Source of the DNA: Epiperipatus broadwayi
Lineage: Eukaryota; Animalia; Onychophora
Assembly (NCBI GenBank): GCA_028023455.1
Contig: JAQFVV010000004.1
Location: 26,412,001 to 26,476,000 of the forward strand
Length of the DNA stretch: 64,000 bases
Direction: 5' to 3'
In this document: piece by piece, positions 41,855 through 56,035 of the stretch
Layout of the letters: each line of letters opens with the position of its first letter
How positions within the stretch are numbered: position 1 is the first letter of the stretch
Notes under the pieces: model-generated
What the model saw: the letters and a program-made list of their open reading frames with translations, nothing else
Database searches by the model: none
What the model was told of the DNA's origin: nothing
Made by a program: the position numbers and the translations under genes

Positions 41855-44800
41855 TTATTACCATCATTTTCTACAGTTATTAATCTATTTCAGAATTAAT
41901 ATTTTTCTAAGCTTCTCCAATTCACAATTTATTTTTATTACATCACATCATCAACTGCTTATTTCATTCATCCATCTCATATGTAATTTCTTTCGAGGTT
42001 TTTACAACTCTCTTAGGATTCTGTTTAAAATATTGTTCATCTATTTATTACCATCTCTTTTAGGAATATATTTAGGCTAGCTCAACATCAGATTCAATTC
42101 TTTTGTTTAAGTCAATGATAGCTGTTTATTCTTGAAACCAAATAAATATTTTATATTTGATCTCTTCTTGTTATTCCTAACATAATTTTTTTATATTTTA
42201 CTGGGTAATCTAAAGACTCAGTATTTCTCTTTTAACAAGTGTCTAAGTCTCAAAATATTAAAAACCTTTCTTTTCAAACACATAGGTATATTTTCTATTA
42301 TTATCAAGTTATTCCAAACAAAAAATCTTTAGGTTTAATTTTATAATTGACTTCAATATCATGTCTTCATCTGTCTTAATAATTACACCAAGGCATTTGT
42401 AGATGCTAACTTTTAATATATGATTAACAATCTTTATTTTTTCCTCAGAATATTCATCAATACAACTTTAGTCTTACTGATGAGAGCTATCATCTCAAAA
42501 CTGGTTTGGTTTAGGGATAATTCTAGATAGAGATTTTAAATGGTTTCTCTTTTGGCATTTGTTAGAAAAGCTTGTGTAGAGCTACTAGCATGCTCATTAT
42601 ATTAGATTTGTAATACTATCTAATTAAGTTAAGTCACATGATGTATGATTTGATTTTCTTACTATTCTACTTTAGCCTTTTAAACATTTTTCATTAGTCC
42701 TACTTTCTTATATTTATCTGATATTTCTTACAATATTTCCTAAAACTCTGAACAACCACATCATCTATAAAATCAAGATAATTTCAACAATCTCCATTAA
42801 CTTTTACTACCTTAGCACCCAATTTTAATTCACAAAACACTTCTTATAAAACTGCTGTAAAAAGTTTTGGTGTTATAAAATCATGCTGTTGTAGACCCAT
42901 CTCAATGTTATCTTCTTAGTATGACCATGTAACATAATCATTCCATTTTTTATTTTGATAAATATTCCTTAGAATACTATATCTTATGATCCAAAGCATT
43001 AATCATCATAGAAAAGTGTATAGAATAAAATTCTATTTTTATAATCTATGAATCCAGAACATCTGGCAACTCATTCAGTGAACTGCTCTATAACTTTAAT
43101 ACTTAGATGTAATTCGGTGTTCTAAGACCATTTTTAAATTTCAGTTGATTCATTTGATTACTTAGAATCCAATGTTTGCTGTAAATGAGTTATAATTATT
43201 TCGGTACAGATTTTATGTAGAACTGATAAAAGAATAATAGGTCTGCATTTTTTAATATCTTATTTATCACCTTCTTAAATATTCATATTAATACTTCATT
43301 TTTTTTAATTATATATCTTTATCATTTAGACATTTGGCATATAGTATTGACAACTATTTCTATGTCTTCACTCTTTTAAAATATTAAGAATAAATTTATT
43401 TCCTAGAGTTTTATTTCTTTTAGAATTGTTAGCATGATTCATTTCTTCATTTAAAATACTTGGCAATTTTGCAGATATAGTAACTGTAAAGGATACTTTG
43501 TTTTCTTGTTTTTTATTATTATGTAATTTTTTATAGAACTCTTCAGCACATTTCCTGATATCATCTTTTTTTTTTAGTAATAGTTCTATCTTCTTTTTAT
43601 TGCAGAAACACTTTTCTTTCCAATACCAAAATGTTGTTTTATATTTTTGAGATTTCACAATTATATTTTATTATATCCTTATTAACTTTTTTTAATACCA
43701 CTTTTATAGAAAACTCCAAATCTTCAATTCTTTATAATGAATCAATTTTAAAATTAATGATAAATTGCTGCCTTTTTCTATTAGGTATTTTTCTTGAAGT
43801 TTTTATGTTCTTATTGATTTTAGGTCCAGTACTATTTTCGAAGTGCATCAATTTTAATTTTAATTCATTGGAGTGTTTTGGAAGGATAGGAATATTAACT
43901 ATTAAAAATGACTATTTTAGTATTTTTTATTTTTCTAGTTTTGCATTAATATTTATTTTACCAATCATTAATTGATGATTCTTTCTGTGTTAAATCTATT
44001 CAGAACATTATAATCTTAAAATATTTATCTTCTATTATTCAGAATATAATTCTAATTTTGTTATATATTTTATTTAAATGTTTCTATGTTAATTTTTGTT
44101 TAACTTTTTTTTTTAAAGGAAGTATTCGTAATATATAGTTGTTGTTTTTTTGCAAACTCCATATTCAAATTTACTCCAACATTTATTTTTCAGACATTTG
44201 CCACTTCTAGCACTAATGTCTCTCATGACAATTTTAAAATGTTATTTGGATTGATTAAACATGTTTTGTACATCTGTAATTCATATAAAAATTCTCTACT
44301 ACTTTGTCACAATGAGAATTTGTTGGGGGCATAAATCTGAATTATCTGCATTTGATGTCTTCTCCTGATATTAATAATTAATCTTGCCTCTCTGTCTGAT
44401 ATATTATCAGAATTCATAATGGTGTTTTCAAACCTTTTATTTATGATAAATCCCACACTATTAGTGCTCTCATATTTGTGCCTTTGATTTAAAATTTAAA
44501 TTCACTTCTCTCTTCATTATTTTCTCTGACTTTACAAAGTCCATCAACATCCCATTAAATATTAGACAATTCTTTCAATTTATGCAATATTCTTTCACTT
44601 GAATGTTATCTGCAGTTGGTAATGCCTAAATAAAAGATCATCATTGAGTAGCAGCCTGGAGCCACAACTATGACCCGTTTAGAATCTTGACTTTCAGGTA
44701 TTGCTACATTCTCTGGAAACTATATAGCTTCCTGGAAATAAGGACCATGATTCTTGATATTAACCTGAGATAAACAGCCAATGTACCAGTTTAGTTAGTA

Positions 44801-44880
44801 TATGTTGATGAGCAGCTCATTCATATTTGTTTAACATATGAATAATAAAATAGTAGTAACAGCTGCAGCATAAGATTGCT
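41855..44880 (-). mobile_element. RTE-clade LINE, near full length, heavily decayed
   Basis: ORF 43368-43658 (KKDDIRKCAEEFYKKL...SAKLPSILNEEM) aligns with the RTE at 54337. The 5' UTR and start context (aatcatggYccttatttccag) are shared with 52995-53015. The 3' end is homologous to 55890-56030. Confidence 0.85.
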
Positions 44881-47800
44881 TGAAATGGATTATAAAAATT
44901 TATTCAGTTCAGTTCCTTTCAGGCTTCAAAAAGGAATCAAGGGATTTTTTTTAACTTGGCAGCAAACTCCTTTCACACACATATATATGATTAAAATCTA
45001 TTTCATTTTTAGGTGACAATGTAATTTTAAATGTGAAATTGAAATAGTTTACAATATTTTCTTTTTTCTTTTTTAAAATACGATTTCCAACATTTCTGAC
45101 AACAATTTGATTTTGATTTTTATAATCATTTAAATGAAATTTTCAAGTAGCTAGTATTAAATTAAATTATTCTCACATCACTTTTTAAGTGGTTGGATAA
45201 ATTTATTTATTATGATTAAAATATATATTTCCAACAGAAATTTTATGAAACCCATTCCTTTAAAAAAAAACTTTTACAACAATCTTTAACTTTTTCAATT
45301 TAATAAAGAAATAAGAAATGACATTAACAACTATTTAAAAAAATATTATTTTGAAATTAGAATAATAATAATAATTTCGAAACAAAAAATAATAATGATA
45401 ATAATTAAAACTACAGTATTAATTTATTTTATTTCTTGAAAAACTAATAGCATATGCATATATAAAATCAATATTACTTATCAATTTTCATAAAATATGA
45501 ATCTTGATTAGCTTTCAAAAAATTTAATACATACATCTAAATTAAAATGTATACTTGTATCAATAATAATACAATTTTTAAAATATTACTATTAAACAGC
45601 ATAGATTTTTATTTTGTTTTCAGGTGAAAATTAATAAATAAATTTTTGATAATTTTAAATGCTAGTTTTCACTTTTGAATATATATATTCAAACTCTAAT
45701 TTCATCAAGTATGACTATCAGCTTTTGATATTATTTACAACTTATAGTTTATTAAAATATACATTGAATTAACTTCCATTTATCTATTATTTAATCAAAT
45801 TTTCATGTTATAAAATAATATTTACTTAAGTTTTTATATTAAAAATGTAGACATAAAATGTACAGTTTCCTGGTAAAAATGCCCATATATAATTTTTTAA
45901 AACTTAATTTAAAAACTTGGTTTGAAGTAAATTTTTAAATCAAAATAAAAATTTCAAATTACTTGAAATAATTTTTTTTTTCAAATTTGATAACATATTA
46001 TAAATAATATTTATACTTTAATTAAAGTAAACATGATAAAATTAAATTTTGTTTTCAATTAAATGTTTTTAAATAAATTTTTATAAAGAGTTACTTGTTA
46101 AGTGAATGGAGACCTTTTGATGCCTTAAAAAAACAAGTAGATTCCATATTGTCATTGTAGATGTTCCTACTATAAAATTATTGTTATATAATTTTACTTT
46201 CACTTTGTTATATATATAATAATTTTGCATGTGTATTCCTGGCAGAGTGGGGTATTTTTTATCCAATATTTGTTTGGCTAAGTGCCCTTCATATAGTGCA
46301 TGAATATAGATGAACTGCTCACAATAAACATGAGCCATCATGATAAGTTTACTGGCTTTTATCTTTAAGTTAATAATAAGAAATATCATGGACTTTTTTC
46401 TCAGTTGCCAGATAGTTTTAACTGACACATGAAAATAGGATAATTGTGGATAAATGATATTTTTTAGATATTTATAAACATGATAAACAAAACTAAATTA
46501 TGGCCCTTTGAATGATGACTTTTTACATGAGGTATATTATATGACTGAAGTCTAATAATAAATGGATTTTGAAAAACTAAAAGTAGAATAAAATGGTAAT
46601 TTATTTAAAAAATAAAAGATCAAATGTTGATAAAATAATTAAGAATATTCCAATAAAAATGATATGACCCCCCCCCTCCAATGATAAATCTCTCCACACT
46701 TTTTATTTGTGAAAGTGAAGAAAAAAATTTTTTTTTATTTTATTTTAGGTTTTAGTACATTTAAATGAATAAAAGTGTTTCTTCAAATATATATATATAT
46801 TTTCTACTTTTTACTTTTATATATGTAACAATGAATTATCAAAATGAACTGAATTTATTTAAATTAAATTTTATTTAGACAGAAAGAACAAAACACGGAA
46901 TAAGTTAAATAAAATAATGTAAAAGAGTAACTATGGATTGGAAAAATTTAAGATAGTTCTGCTAAATATGTATTTTTTTTTTTGTATTTTTTTTAAAAGT
47001 CTGGATAAATTAATACGTAATTATAAATTAAGAGATGATATAAAATTCAAAATAGGAATTGTATATAAAATTAACTGACTTTTTCTATATGATTTACTAC
47101 AGTCATATAGGAAAACAGAGATAAGAACCAAATAATATAATAATCCAGTTAATAGATCAGACGATAAATCTACTTTATATCTCATTACATAACATATGGA
47201 TATAAAATAAATACCACAAAAATATTAAACTTAAAATTACACTAAAGTTTTAAAAAAAGTCAAATACATTAAACATAACTTAAATAATTGTATGAATATT
47301 TACAAAGCTTCAATATATTTAGCCAACTGGTCAATTAAAAATAAATGGAAAATTATATATATAAAAAATTGTATGATGTATTATTTATTCTGTACATTGT
47401 TACATTATATATATTGGATCTTTATATGAAGATTTTATTCTAGTTTACTGATAAATATTATTTTATTATTACTTTATTTTCATTATGAAACACTAAATGG
47501 TGTTCCATCTGCAATAATTGGTTAAAATTAAAACAGATGGTTAACATTTGCAAAAGGCATTAAACCACTTGCAGATAATGGTTTTTATGTATATCCATGA
47601 TTTTTATTACTTATTGTAATTTATATAAAACTACAGCATAATGGATTTTATTAATTTCGATTTTTGATAATGTTGTTCTTATATGCCAATTAATATATTA
47701 TATTTTTCATCAACACTTTATTCCTATAGAACAATGTTTATTCTTTCTTACAATTTTAAATGATATAAAATACATTGTGTGTATATATACATATGTCTGT

Positions 47801-49956
47801 GGATGTGATTAATAATTTTTAAATATGCATACTACAATATTTATTTAGAGGTTAAATTCTTTATAGCTATTTTTAATAAACCCAAAATAATATGTTTACA
47901 TTTTTTTTATTAAAAAGAAACTTTATTAATAAATAATAAACTATATACAGATGTTAACATATTTACAATAGAATAAATTTATGTTACATAGGCAAATATA
48001 TAATGAAACTGCTGCCATAATGGTACAGGTGACAATAAATTGTTTAACTCCAATAAAGTGTGATCCAAAATTGAAGATTTACATGTTCTAATACTGCACA
48101 ATCATGATAACTAAAAATTGAAGAAGAGTCCAAATATTTATTTCCCAGGAATGAAATCTGATAGGGAGTATTAATGCAAATAAAGGTTTAAGCTACTGAG
48201 GTAGATTGTTAATTGCCAAGTTATGGTCATAATGTTCCAGGGTAAAAAGTTGAGAGAGTAAAGATATAAATTAGTCCATTCTTTTTTTTTTTTCAGTACA
48301 TTGTATTTTTTGTCAAATATTATGGAACAGCGCTATCTTTTTAAAAATAATGGAAATATGTATACATTTAAATAAAAAAACAAACAAACAAGTGAATTAA
48401 TTTGTGTTTAATAAGTTAATAAAGACAAACATTACAAATACTAGTCTACAGCTTTATTAATTTTTAATAATATGAATTACGAATGACAATCTCAGGCCCT
48501 CCCCTCAATTTATTTCATTTAAAAATTAAAAATAACAAAAATAAAAATAAATGTCTTTTTTTTAAAATTACTATTTGTAGTTAATATTCAGTCTTATAAC
48601 TTATTGACCACAATTCATTAATTTTATTTTTCGAAGTTAAATTTTTCAAGTTAATTATTTTTAAAGTTTAAACTTTCAAATTTACTATCATTATTTTAAT
48701 CTCTCTTATATAAAATAAAACAATCATTTTTTGCAATCTGATTATAATAATCGTAATTTTTTAACTAAGTAATATTGTTTGATAAAATTAAAAATTTTGA
48801 TTATTTGTTTATGCAAATAATGTCATATGTTATTGGAATGATATATTATCTACTTTTTAAACTGTGAATATCGCTCTCCATCCACTTAAATCTTATATAT
48901 ATATAAACAAATAAAAATTGTCTTTAAGTATCCATTGAATATCAAGGATTTCTATAATCGGCCCACCCACGCCTTGCTTTTTCATATCTAATAATACTAA
49001 AAATTCACAAGTTGCCTATGAAAAAATTGTTACACCCATTCAAGATCCACTTCCAGGTCAATTGTATGGCAGGTGGAAATGTTATTGCTGTACAACAATT
49101 TTTTTTTTTCAAAAGAAGGTTTATTATTATAGAGGTTACAAAGAAAGGTTTATTGTTACAAAGGTATATAATTTAATGACATTCACCATGAGCAAGACAG
49201 ATCTGCTTTAACAAATCCAACCATATAAACTAACACATTTAATTTAAACTTTGGTATAATATTACTTTACACTTTACATTCATCATTATAAAAGTAATGC
49301 CACTTGTTATATATGACTTTGCTTTTTTTGATTATTCATAATTATACAAATATATATATATAGATTTAAAATAAGCTTGGATACACACCACGTCCCTAAA
49401 TTTAATTATTTCATTGTGGACGTCTCAATGTCAATCATCTCTCACATGCTCCTGAGTGCTCATTGAGGAGCTAGTCTATTGTCTCTTTCCTTTATCACTG
49501 TGGTTTTTGATAAATATCCTCTATGGATCCATGATCTCCCCAGGTAAAGAACATGGTAGACACATAAAACTCAGAATAATTTATATGCATGCTCTATTAT
49601 CCAGCTCATCCTTAAGATAGTGATATTTTTTTTTTAAAAAAAAGGGATAAAAGAAGGGGGAAAAATCATTTTAGTTAACTTAAGATTGTCTTTGTTGCAC
49701 TTAAAAGGATAAATGCCTTATAATCTTTATACATATCAATGTTTAAATATATAAATATTTTTGATAAAATTTATAAAAAAATATATAAAATATTTTTGAT
49801 ACACTCTATAATTCAGTTATTTTTTAAAATATTCAATTTTCGTTATTTTAATTTAACCTTAAGTTGGTATTATATATATATAATGAAAATGCAATGTAAT
49901 AATAATTAAAAAAGGAAGAGATAAATAAATTAAATCAAATGGCTATTAAAATAATG

Positions 49957-50040
49957 TTTTTTTCTATGTGTCAAAGCGTTGACCGGGAAGTGAACCCGGG
50001 CCAGCTCCGGGGAAGGCAGCTATGCTAATCACAATTGTAC
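49957..50040 (-). mobile_element. tRNA-Gly(TCC)-derived short SINE copy lacking its first ~9 nt
   Basis: Minus strand reads gtacaattgtgattagcatagctgccttcc...ctggcccgggttcacttcccggtcaacgc-tttgacacatag-poly(A). Confidence 0.8.
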
Positions 50041-52785
50041 TTTTGAAATTAAAACTTTATTTACACATTAGAGTGGATACAAAAGCAATCAATGATAGGA
50101 TAAAATTATGTATACATATAAATATGGTATGTATGCCATGTATATAGAAATATCAAAAGTTTTATTAAATCAATAATTTAATCTTAAGAGCAGCATAAGA
50201 AACTCATGATGGTTAATTAATGCAAGTATGAAAGAAACATAAATAAATATAAATAAAATCAAAGATTATATTAATGCCTTAAGGCAGTGTGTCATGAGCT
50301 TAATTAGTTAGGAATATAACATAAGTCAAACCTATGTATAAGGTTTGGAAATTCCATTGATTAATGATTATCCTGGCCCAAAGAGTAACGAGGACTATAA
50401 CAATATTTACAAGTTGATATAGGTAAGTTAATTGTCTAGTATGTATGAAAGATCTTCATAGTTAAAGTTAGATTATTCTTAAGTGAAAGATAGGATATAT
50501 TATTTGTTCAGTGGATGGGAGAAAGTTCAAGTTTTAGGCCTAAGAAAAACATGAATTAGGACTCTAGCCTCATCTGGCTCCAGGTTTGGTCAATTAGCCA
50601 AGGCTGACAAGTTCGTTTATCTTCATCTTTTATCTTGTAGAGGGATTTGAAAAATCGATTAATCATTGAGTCATCACAGCCATGATCAAATATCATGCTA
50701 CATCTGGCAGTCCAAATTGAAAAGTTAATCAAAGTGGTCAGTCTTATTGTTCCAAATTGACCCTTTTTAATTGCTGCATTAAGAGAAATGTTAGCTGGGT
50801 CATTGCCATTTATGCGGTCTAACGCTATATTATGGAGATAAGTCCATGAATCACATTTGATCCAGAATGTGGCCAACTGACTTCTGCTGTTTGTTACATA
50901 GGGGACAAAAGGAGTTGATGTTGTAACCCCTTTGGTAGTGGAGAAAGGTCCCTGTGGGGAGTGCTCCAAGGATGATTTTTATTTAAAAATCAACAAATTT
51001 TGGACTCAGTTTGATGAATTTTGTTCATTTGGAAAATTGAGCGATTCCTATTGGAAGTATATTAACGGATTTAGTTTTCCCGGGATACATTAATCGATAA
51101 ACTTCCCGATATGATAATTTCCCCTGAAAAAGGAAACCCAATGACTGGAAGTTTTGAAAAATTACTGTAACTTGCTTTTGTAGCCAAATGCTTCTTAATC
51201 TTGGTGGAGGTCGATCGGTAGGCTCTATCTTTTCCTTGGGGAAGGGGCACTCCATATCAGGATTATCCTTAAAAATCTTGAATAATATATTATGAGTTCA
51301 TTGGAGGTAAAAAAATCTACAGCGAGTGAAGGCCAAAGCCATTAAGAAGTTTGGGTTTTTGTAATATGTTGAGGCTGATGATGGGAGTCCTGCCTCCCCA
51401 GAAAAGTTTTCTACATAAGGTTTCAATTTTTTGGATAAACTTGCACGTGGAGGAAAATCCTGCTAGATAATATGTTATTTTAGGCAATACTATAGCATTA
51501 AGTAGTGCTACCTTCCCCAATAAGGACAGGTAGATCTTAGATAGTGATGTTACTGTAGAATTGACCTTAGCTAATAAGGAAGCTTGGAGTTCTCTTCTCA
51601 TAATGAACGGGGGAGACTAGGGGGAAGCCGAGAAATTTCTGAGGGGGTTTTCAAATCCATCTGGTCTTTGCTTGCTGATAGAATTAACCATATGGCTGAT
51701 TTCATTCTGTTTACTCAGAGACCAGATTCATGAGAAAATTGGTCCAGGAGTTCCTCAAGCCTAGTGAACTCATCCTGAGATGAGGAACACTACCACATCA
51801 TCCATGTAGAAAATATGGCAAAGTTTCTCCCTCAGCATAGGGATGGCTATCCTAGAAAAGACAGCCTCAATGCTTAGCAGTAATGGGTTCAGATAGGCTG
51901 TGAAGAGAAGAGTACTTAGTGGTGAGCCCTGAGGAATGGAAATACAGGGCCGAAATCCTGGAGCTACTATACCATCGAAAGAGAGAAATACCTCCTGATT
52001 GTGAAGTAGGTTCTCTATCATCTGGAGATATATTGAAGGCACTTGGAGTTCCTCTAGAACACTAAACAATACTTCGACCCTGATGCAGTCAAAGGCCCCA
52101 GCAAAGTCGAGTTGAACTGCAGTCAGTTGGAACATTCTTTTCCCAAGAACATGATCTACGAGAAGGTGAAAGTGGCTGATGGCATCGGCAGTTGAGCTCC
52201 CCTTCTTGAAAAATTTGGTAAGAGGACAATTGATTTATGATATTGTCTTGGATATCCTCTTTAATTAGGCTTTCAATTGTCTTTACTAGTAAGGACAACA
52301 TCGAGATAGGTCGGAGGTTGACCAATTGATGAGGGGCTTCCCATTTCTTAATAAGGGGAACCATGGAAATTTTACACACTCCATCGATTCTCTGGGTGCC
52401 TTTGTCCAGAAGGTCAATCATTCCTTTGATTATCAAGATGGTAAAGGCACTAAAGTGTATGAGTACAAACTTGGGAATGCCATGTGGGCCAGGATGAGTT
52501 CTATCTGGGAACATCTTAATTTTGATAGAATCCTAGTTTCAGTGATCTTATGCAGAATTGATTCCCTGTTGATGAGAGTCCTACGTGAATTAGTTATTCC
52601 CAGAGGTTGGAATTTTCTGTAGTAAAATTCCCAAACTTTGACCAACATGGAAAAACCGGAGTATTCATTGCCCTGTATCTCTATTGACCTAGGGGCCCTA
52701 GACCTTTTGCCAGAACAGAGACTCTTTGATTCTTCCTAGAGGTCTTAAAGGAACCGAGCAGGGCAAATTCCAAATGTTCACTCCA
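50041..52785 (-). mobile_element. L1/Tx1-like LINE (copy A), 5'-truncated ORF2 with frameshifts
   Basis: PGPHGIP, LRPISMLS, QLDFAGAFD, PQGSPLS, YMDD, SLLGKVALLN...LFWGG...GFGL, CPLC...H knuckle and IWTARC. AATAAA and a short poly(A) end at 50041-50062. Confidence 0.9.
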
Positions 52786-55700
52786 TACATTCTTGTCATT
52801 GCAGCTATTACTACTATGTGATTATTTATAAGTATACAAACATGGATGGGCTGCTCACCAACATGCATTAGCCAGCATGGTGAGTTTATTGGCTTTTTAC
52901 CTCTGAGTTTAAGATCAAGAAACACAGTCTTTCTTCTCAGTTGCCTGATAAATATTTTTCCAGCACATATATACAATTATGATAGACAAAAATAAATCAT
53001 GGCCCTTATTTCCAGTAGGCTGTAAAGTCACCAACCAAGGCAGCAGTTGGTGGCTGAAGGCAGAGGGTGCTAAGAATCCCCCGTTTGCTGACTCAGGCTG
53101 CCATTTGATGATGACTTAGTATTTACAACTGCAGATCACTTTCAAGTGAAGGAAGCTTGTAAGAATTAGAAGAACTGTCTTATATTAAATGGGACATTAT
53201 TGGACTTTGTGAAGTTACAAGAAAAGGTGAAGAGACAATTGATTTAAAAAGTGGACTTGTACTCTATTATAAAGGCACAAATATTGGAAATACAAGTAGA
53301 ATAGAACTCATTATAAATAAAAAGTGGAAGAACAACATTGTCGATATTGATGGTATATCGGATAGAGTGGCAAGATTAGTTATACAACTTTATAGCAGAT
53401 ACCAAATGCAGATAATTCAGGTTTATGCCCAACAAGTTCTCATAGTGATGAAGTAGTAGATTTTTTATATGGATGTACAAAAGGCTTTTGATCAGAGTAA
53501 ACAACATTTTGAAATTGTTATGGGAGACTTTAATGCTAGAATTGGTAAACAAATGAAATATGAAAGTGCTGTAGGTAATTTTGGTTATGGTAATAGAAAT
53601 GAGAGGGCATAGACTTGTGGAGTTTGCAGAAAAAGAAAACCTTTATATTATGAATTCTTTTTTTTGAGAAAAATGTTAAAAGGAAATGGACATGGAAACA
53701 TCCAAATGAAGGTACAGCAGAATTGAATTATATTTTGATTAACAGAAAATACATATTTCAAGATTGTAATGTTCTTAATAAATTTAACACAGCAAGTGAT
53801 CATCGATTAGTAAGATGTAAGATATGTGTTAATGCAAAACTAGAAAGTCAAAAATTATTAAGAAAAACAATATTTATAGTTGATATTCCTAAACTTCAGA
53901 AACATTCTAATAAATTCAAATTAGAACTTACAAATCGGTTTCAAGTATTAGTAGATTATGAACATGATTCAGATTTGAATGAAATTAATATGAACATAAC
54001 TGATACACTTTTAAAAACTGCAACAAAGATAGCTGGCAGAAAAAAGCAGCAATTGACCAATAAAATGTCTACTGAGACTAGAGAATTTATGAAAAAAAAA
54101 GGAATATAAAGATATACAAAAATGATGCATTAAAAAGGATTGAATATTTTGAATTTTGTAAAATGGTGTGGAAAAGAGTTGAAAATGATATAAGTATAAC
54201 TGTGAACTAGCAAGGAAAGCTTTAGAAGAAAATAAAAGTCTCAAGAATGTAAAACAACATTTTAGTATTGATAGGAAATTTATATCTGCAATAAGAAAAA
54301 AAAGATGGATTTATTACTAAAAAGAAAGATGACATCATGAAATGGGTAGAAGACTTTTATCGAGAATTATATAGTAATAAAGAACAAATACCTCCTATAT
54401 CTACTACATCTTCCAAATTGCCCAGAATTTTAAATGAAGAAGTGAGACATGCAATTCAATATATGAAGAAAGGAAAGGCTCCTGGTAATAATGGAATTAC
54501 ATTTGATATATTAAAAGAAGCAGGTGAAGAAATAGAATTTTTTTTTAGCAAAGTTATATACCAAATGTCTAAATGATAAAGATGTACCAGATGATTGGAA
54601 GAATGCAGTATTAATATTAATATTTAAGAAAGGTGATAAAGAATATATCAGAAATTAAAGACCTATCAGTCTTTTATCAGTTTTATACAAACTTTTTATC
54701 AAGATAATTACAACTTGTCTATAGAGAACATTGGATGTCCACCAATCAAGAGAACAAGCTGGATTTAAAAGTGGTTTTAGTACAGTAGATCATATTCAGG
54801 TATTGAGAGAACTTATAGAAAGAACAAATGAATATGAGGCGCCATTATGTTTGGTTTTGTAGATTATGAAAAGGCATTTGATTCTATAAACATTTCTTCA
54901 GTGATTAAAGCATTGGATCATCAAGGTATAGATCCAGGATATTGTCATATTTTAAAGAATATTTACAAAAAGGCAACAGCAACAATTAGATTACATAATG
55001 ATACTGGGAAAGTCAACATAGAGAAGGATGTAAGACAGGATGATTCCATATCTCCAAAACTTTTTACATCAGTGTTGCAAGAAGTATTTTGTGGATTAAA
55101 ATGGGAAGCTAAAGGAGTGAAAGTAAATGTAGATTATTTAAGTCATTTAGATTTTTTTTTCCTTTAATGGGTCATAGCATCAGCCAGGAAGAGAACCCGC
55201 TAACCTGGGAAACTGCTTGCAAAGCTGCTGTTGCTGACCTCTTGACCACCAATGATTGTCCAAGTCATTTAGATTTTGCAGGTGATGTAGTTGTTTCTGC
55301 AAACAATGCTTGCAGGAGTTATCAGATGAAAGTAGGACTAAAGATAAATGTTAAAAACACTAAAGTAATGTTTAATCAATTTTCTCAGAATATGAAAATA
55401 AAGATTGATTATGATGAGTTAGAAGAAGTTAACATTTACAAATACCTTGTTCAGATTATTAATACAGATGGAAACATAATGGATGAAATTAATCATAGAA
55501 TTAAACTTGTTTGGAGTGCTTTTGGTAGAAATAACTTGATATTAAAAGGAAATATGCCTATGTGTTTGAAAAGGAAGATTTTTAACAAATGTGTTTTACC
55601 AGTTCTTACTTATGGATCTGAAACTTGGACACTTAATAGAAAAGCAATACAGAGACTTCAGACCACTCAAAGAAGTATGGAGAGATTCATGTTGGGAGAA

Positions 55701-56035
55701 ACAAGAAGAGATCGAAAACGTAATGTATGGGTGAGCAAAAAAAACAGATGTTACTGACCTCATTGAAAAAATTAAAAGATTGAAGTGGAGTTGCGCTGGA
55801 CATATTGCTAAAAGAGATAATAATAGATGGACAATTGAAAACTTAAACTGGATTCCAAGAGATTGTAAAAGACCCAGAAAGAGACCACATGTTAGATGGA
55901 TGGATGAAATAAAAAAGTGTGCAGGAGTGATGTGAAGAAGAGAAGCTAAAGATCAGAGAAGATGGATTGAACTTGGAGAGACCTTCATCCTGCAGTGGAT
56001 TGATAATGTTTGATGATGATGATGATAGAAATGAT
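52786..56035 (+). mobile_element. RTE-clade LINE, near full length (APE plus RT), inactivated
   Basis: GAKNP, IKWDIIGLCEV, MGDFNARIG, SDHRLV, KAPGNNG, FVDYEKAFDSI, RQDDSISPKLF, DFAGD and VLTYGSETW. Typical RTE 3' end ggagagaccttcatcctgcagtgga followed by (GAT)n. Confidence 0.95.
55156..55261 (-). mobile_element. Full-length tRNA-Gly-derived SINE inserted in the RTE RT domain, 16-bp TSD
   Basis: TSD aagtcatttagatttt at 55140-55155 and 55262-55277. Minus strand reads cattggtggtcaagaggtcagc...caagcagtt...cgggttctcttcctggctgatgc-tatgacccattaaagg-poly(A). Confidence 0.85.

Noticed and set aside
42476-42512. ctgatga-gag-ctatcat-ctc-aaaac looks like a hammerhead core
   Set aside because: It lies antisense within the RTE RT coding region (ISKTKVV frame), has no stem I/III and is not repeated, so it is coincidental.
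49976-50040. Functional tRNA-Gly gene
   Set aside because: The 5' acceptor strand is missing, the anticodon arm is mutated, and it carries a SINE-type tail and poly(A).
52698-52976. 92-aa minus-strand ORF as part of the Tx1-like ORF2
   Set aside because: Most of it is the antisense of the RTE 5' UTR, as shown by homology with 44750-44880.
52786-53000. HDV-like ribozyme in the RTE 5' UTR
   Set aside because: A P1-like pairing exists, but I could not place P3/L3, P1.1 or J4/2 in either copy.
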